A DNA stretch of 64,000 bases from the human T2T-CHM13v2.0 reference genome, Homo sapiens. A model generated the notes under the pieces. That model was given only the letters and a program-made list of their open reading frames with translations, did not search any database and had not been told where the DNA came from. The DNA lies in the NCBI RefSeq assembly GCF_009914755.1, contig NC_060939.1; one strand, 5' to 3'. Of the stretch, positions 61,798 through 64,000 are shown in pieces (positions within the stretch are counted from its first letter, which is position 1; every line of letters begins with the position of its first letter). A program made the translations under genes and the position numbers.

Positions 61798-64000
61798 AGT
61801 TCTGAAACACAATTTTTATGCTATCTGCAAGTGGACTTTTGGAGTGCTTTGAGGCCTATGGTGGATAAGGGAATATCTTCACATAAAAACTAGACAGAAG
61901 CATTCTGACAAATTTCTTTGAGATGTGTGCACTCATCTCACAGAGTTGAACATTTCTTTCGATTGAATAATTTGGTAACTCTCTGTAGAATCTGCAACTG
62001 GATATTTGGAGCGCTATGAGGCCTATGTTCAAAAGGAAGTATCTTCACTTAAGAACTAGACAGAAACATTCTGACAAACTTCTTTGTGATGTGTGCATTC
62101 ATCTCACAGAGTTGAACCATTCTTTTGATTGAGCAGTTTTGAAACACTCTCTTTGTAGAATCTGCAAATGGACATTTGGAGGGCTTTGTGACCTATGGTG
62201 GAAAAGGAAATATATTCACATAAAAACTATTCTGAAACATTCTGACAAACTCCTTTGTGATGCGTGCATTCATCTCATGGAGTTGAAACTTCCTTTGCAT
62301 TGAGCAGTTTTGAAAAACTCTTTTTGTAGAATTTGCAAGTGTACACTTGGAGCGCTTTGAGGCCTATTGTCGAAAAGGTAAAAAAGTAACATAAAATCTA
62401 GACAGGATCATTCTTAGAAAATTCTTACTCATGTGATAATTTATCTCACAGAGTTTAATCTTTCTTTCGATTGAGCAGTTGTGAAACACTCTTTGTAGAA
62501 TTTCCACGTGGACATTTGGCCACTTAGAGGCCTATGTTGGAAAAGGAAATATCTTCACATTAAAATTAGACAGAAGCTTTCTGAGGTACTTCTTTGTGAT
62601 GTGTGCATTCATCTCAGAGAGTTGAACCTTTCTTATGAATGAGCAGTTTGGAAAAACTCTTTTTGTAGAATCTGCAATTGGACATTTGGAGCGCTTTGCA
62701 GCCTATGTTGGAAAAGGAATCATCTCACATAAAAACTAGACAGAAGCAACCTGACAAACTTCTTTGTGATGTCTGCATTCATCTCAAATGGTTGAACCTT
62801 ACTTTCGATTGAGCAGTTTTGAAACACTCATTTTGTAGAATCTGCAATTGGTCATTTGGAGCGCTTTGAGGCCTATGATGCAAAACGAAATGTCTTCACA
62901 TATTAACTAGACAGAAGCATTCTGAGAAACTTCTTTGTGATGTGTGCATTCCTCTCACAGAACTGAATATTTCTTTTGATTGAGCAGCTTTGAAACACTC
63001 TTTTTGTAGAATCTGCAAGTGGACATTTGCTGCGCTTTGCAAACTATGGTGGAAAAGGGAATATCTTCACATAAAAACTAGACTGAATCATTCTGAGAAA
63101 ATACTTTGTGATGTGTGCATTCATCTCATAGAGTTGAACATTGCTTTTGATTGAGCAGTTTTGAAACACACTTTTTGTACTATCTGGAAGTGGATATTTG
63201 GAGTGCTTTGAGGCCTATGGTGGAGAAGGAAATATCTTCGCATAAAAACTAGACAGAAATATTCTGACAAATTCCTTTGTGATGTGTGCATTTATCTCAC
63301 AGAGTTGAACCTTTCCTTTGATTGAGTAGTTTGGAAACCCTCTTTTTGTAGAATTGGAAAGTGGACATTTGAGTGCTTTGAGGCCTATGGTGGAAAAAGA
63401 AATATCTTCAATTAAAAATTAGACAGAAGCATTCTGAGAGATTTCTTTGTGATGTGTGCATTCACGTCACAGAGTTGAAATTTTCTTTTGATTGAACAGT
63501 TTTGAAACACTCTTTTTGTAAAATCTGCAACTGGACATTTGGAGCACTTTGAGGACTATGATGGAAAAGGAAATATCTTCACATAAAAACTAGACATAAG
63601 CATAATGAGAAACTTCTTTGTGATGTGTGCATTCATCTCACAGAGTTGAACTTTTCTTTTGTTTGAGCAGCTTAAAAACACTCTTTTTGTAGAATCTGCA
63701 AGTGAACTTTTGGAGTGCTTTGAGGCCTATGGCGGAAAAGGAAATATCTTCACATAAAAACTATGGAGAAAGATTCTGACAAACTTCGTCATAATGGGTG
63801 CATTCATCTTATGGAGTTGAAAATTAGTTTTGAATGACCAATTTGAAACACTCTTTTTGTAGAATCTGCACACAGACATTTGGAGCACTTTGAGGCCTAT
63901 GGTGGAAAATGAAATATCTTCACATAAAAACTAGAAAGAAGCATTCTGAAAAAATTTTGTGATGTGTGCATTCATCTCACAGAGTTGGGCCATTCTTTTG
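61798..64000 (+). repeat. Alpha satellite, forward orientation, layer C-like (CATTCTGACAAAC)
   Basis: Consensus-strand ~171-bp monomers continue to the end of the window. Confidence 0.96.

Overview
This window is non-coding pericentromeric heterochromatin, most likely human because it contains an AluYa5. I found no intact protein-coding gene. About 43 kb is divergent ~171-bp alpha satellite with no CENP-B box seen. It falls into four orientation blocks (1-25473 reverse, 37415-49051 forward, 49052-61797 reverse, 61798-64000 forward, relative to the usual consensus) and at least three sequence layers. Five retroelements interrupt it, all with target-site duplications (TSDs): a 265-bp L1 3' stub, a 5'-inverted (twin-primed) L1, a 5.25-kb 5'-truncated dead L1PA2/3-like element, an AluYa5 and an AluYe-type Alu. 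The most unusual part is a 12-kb (CATTC/CACTC)n HSat3-like block (25474-37414). In it, one ~60-bp AluJ-like 3' fragment has been co-amplified about 23 times, in two spatially separated variants. The ORF track is explained by repeat read-through or broken L1 frames. All comparisons were made by eye, so subfamily names and junction coordinates need confirming by alignment.
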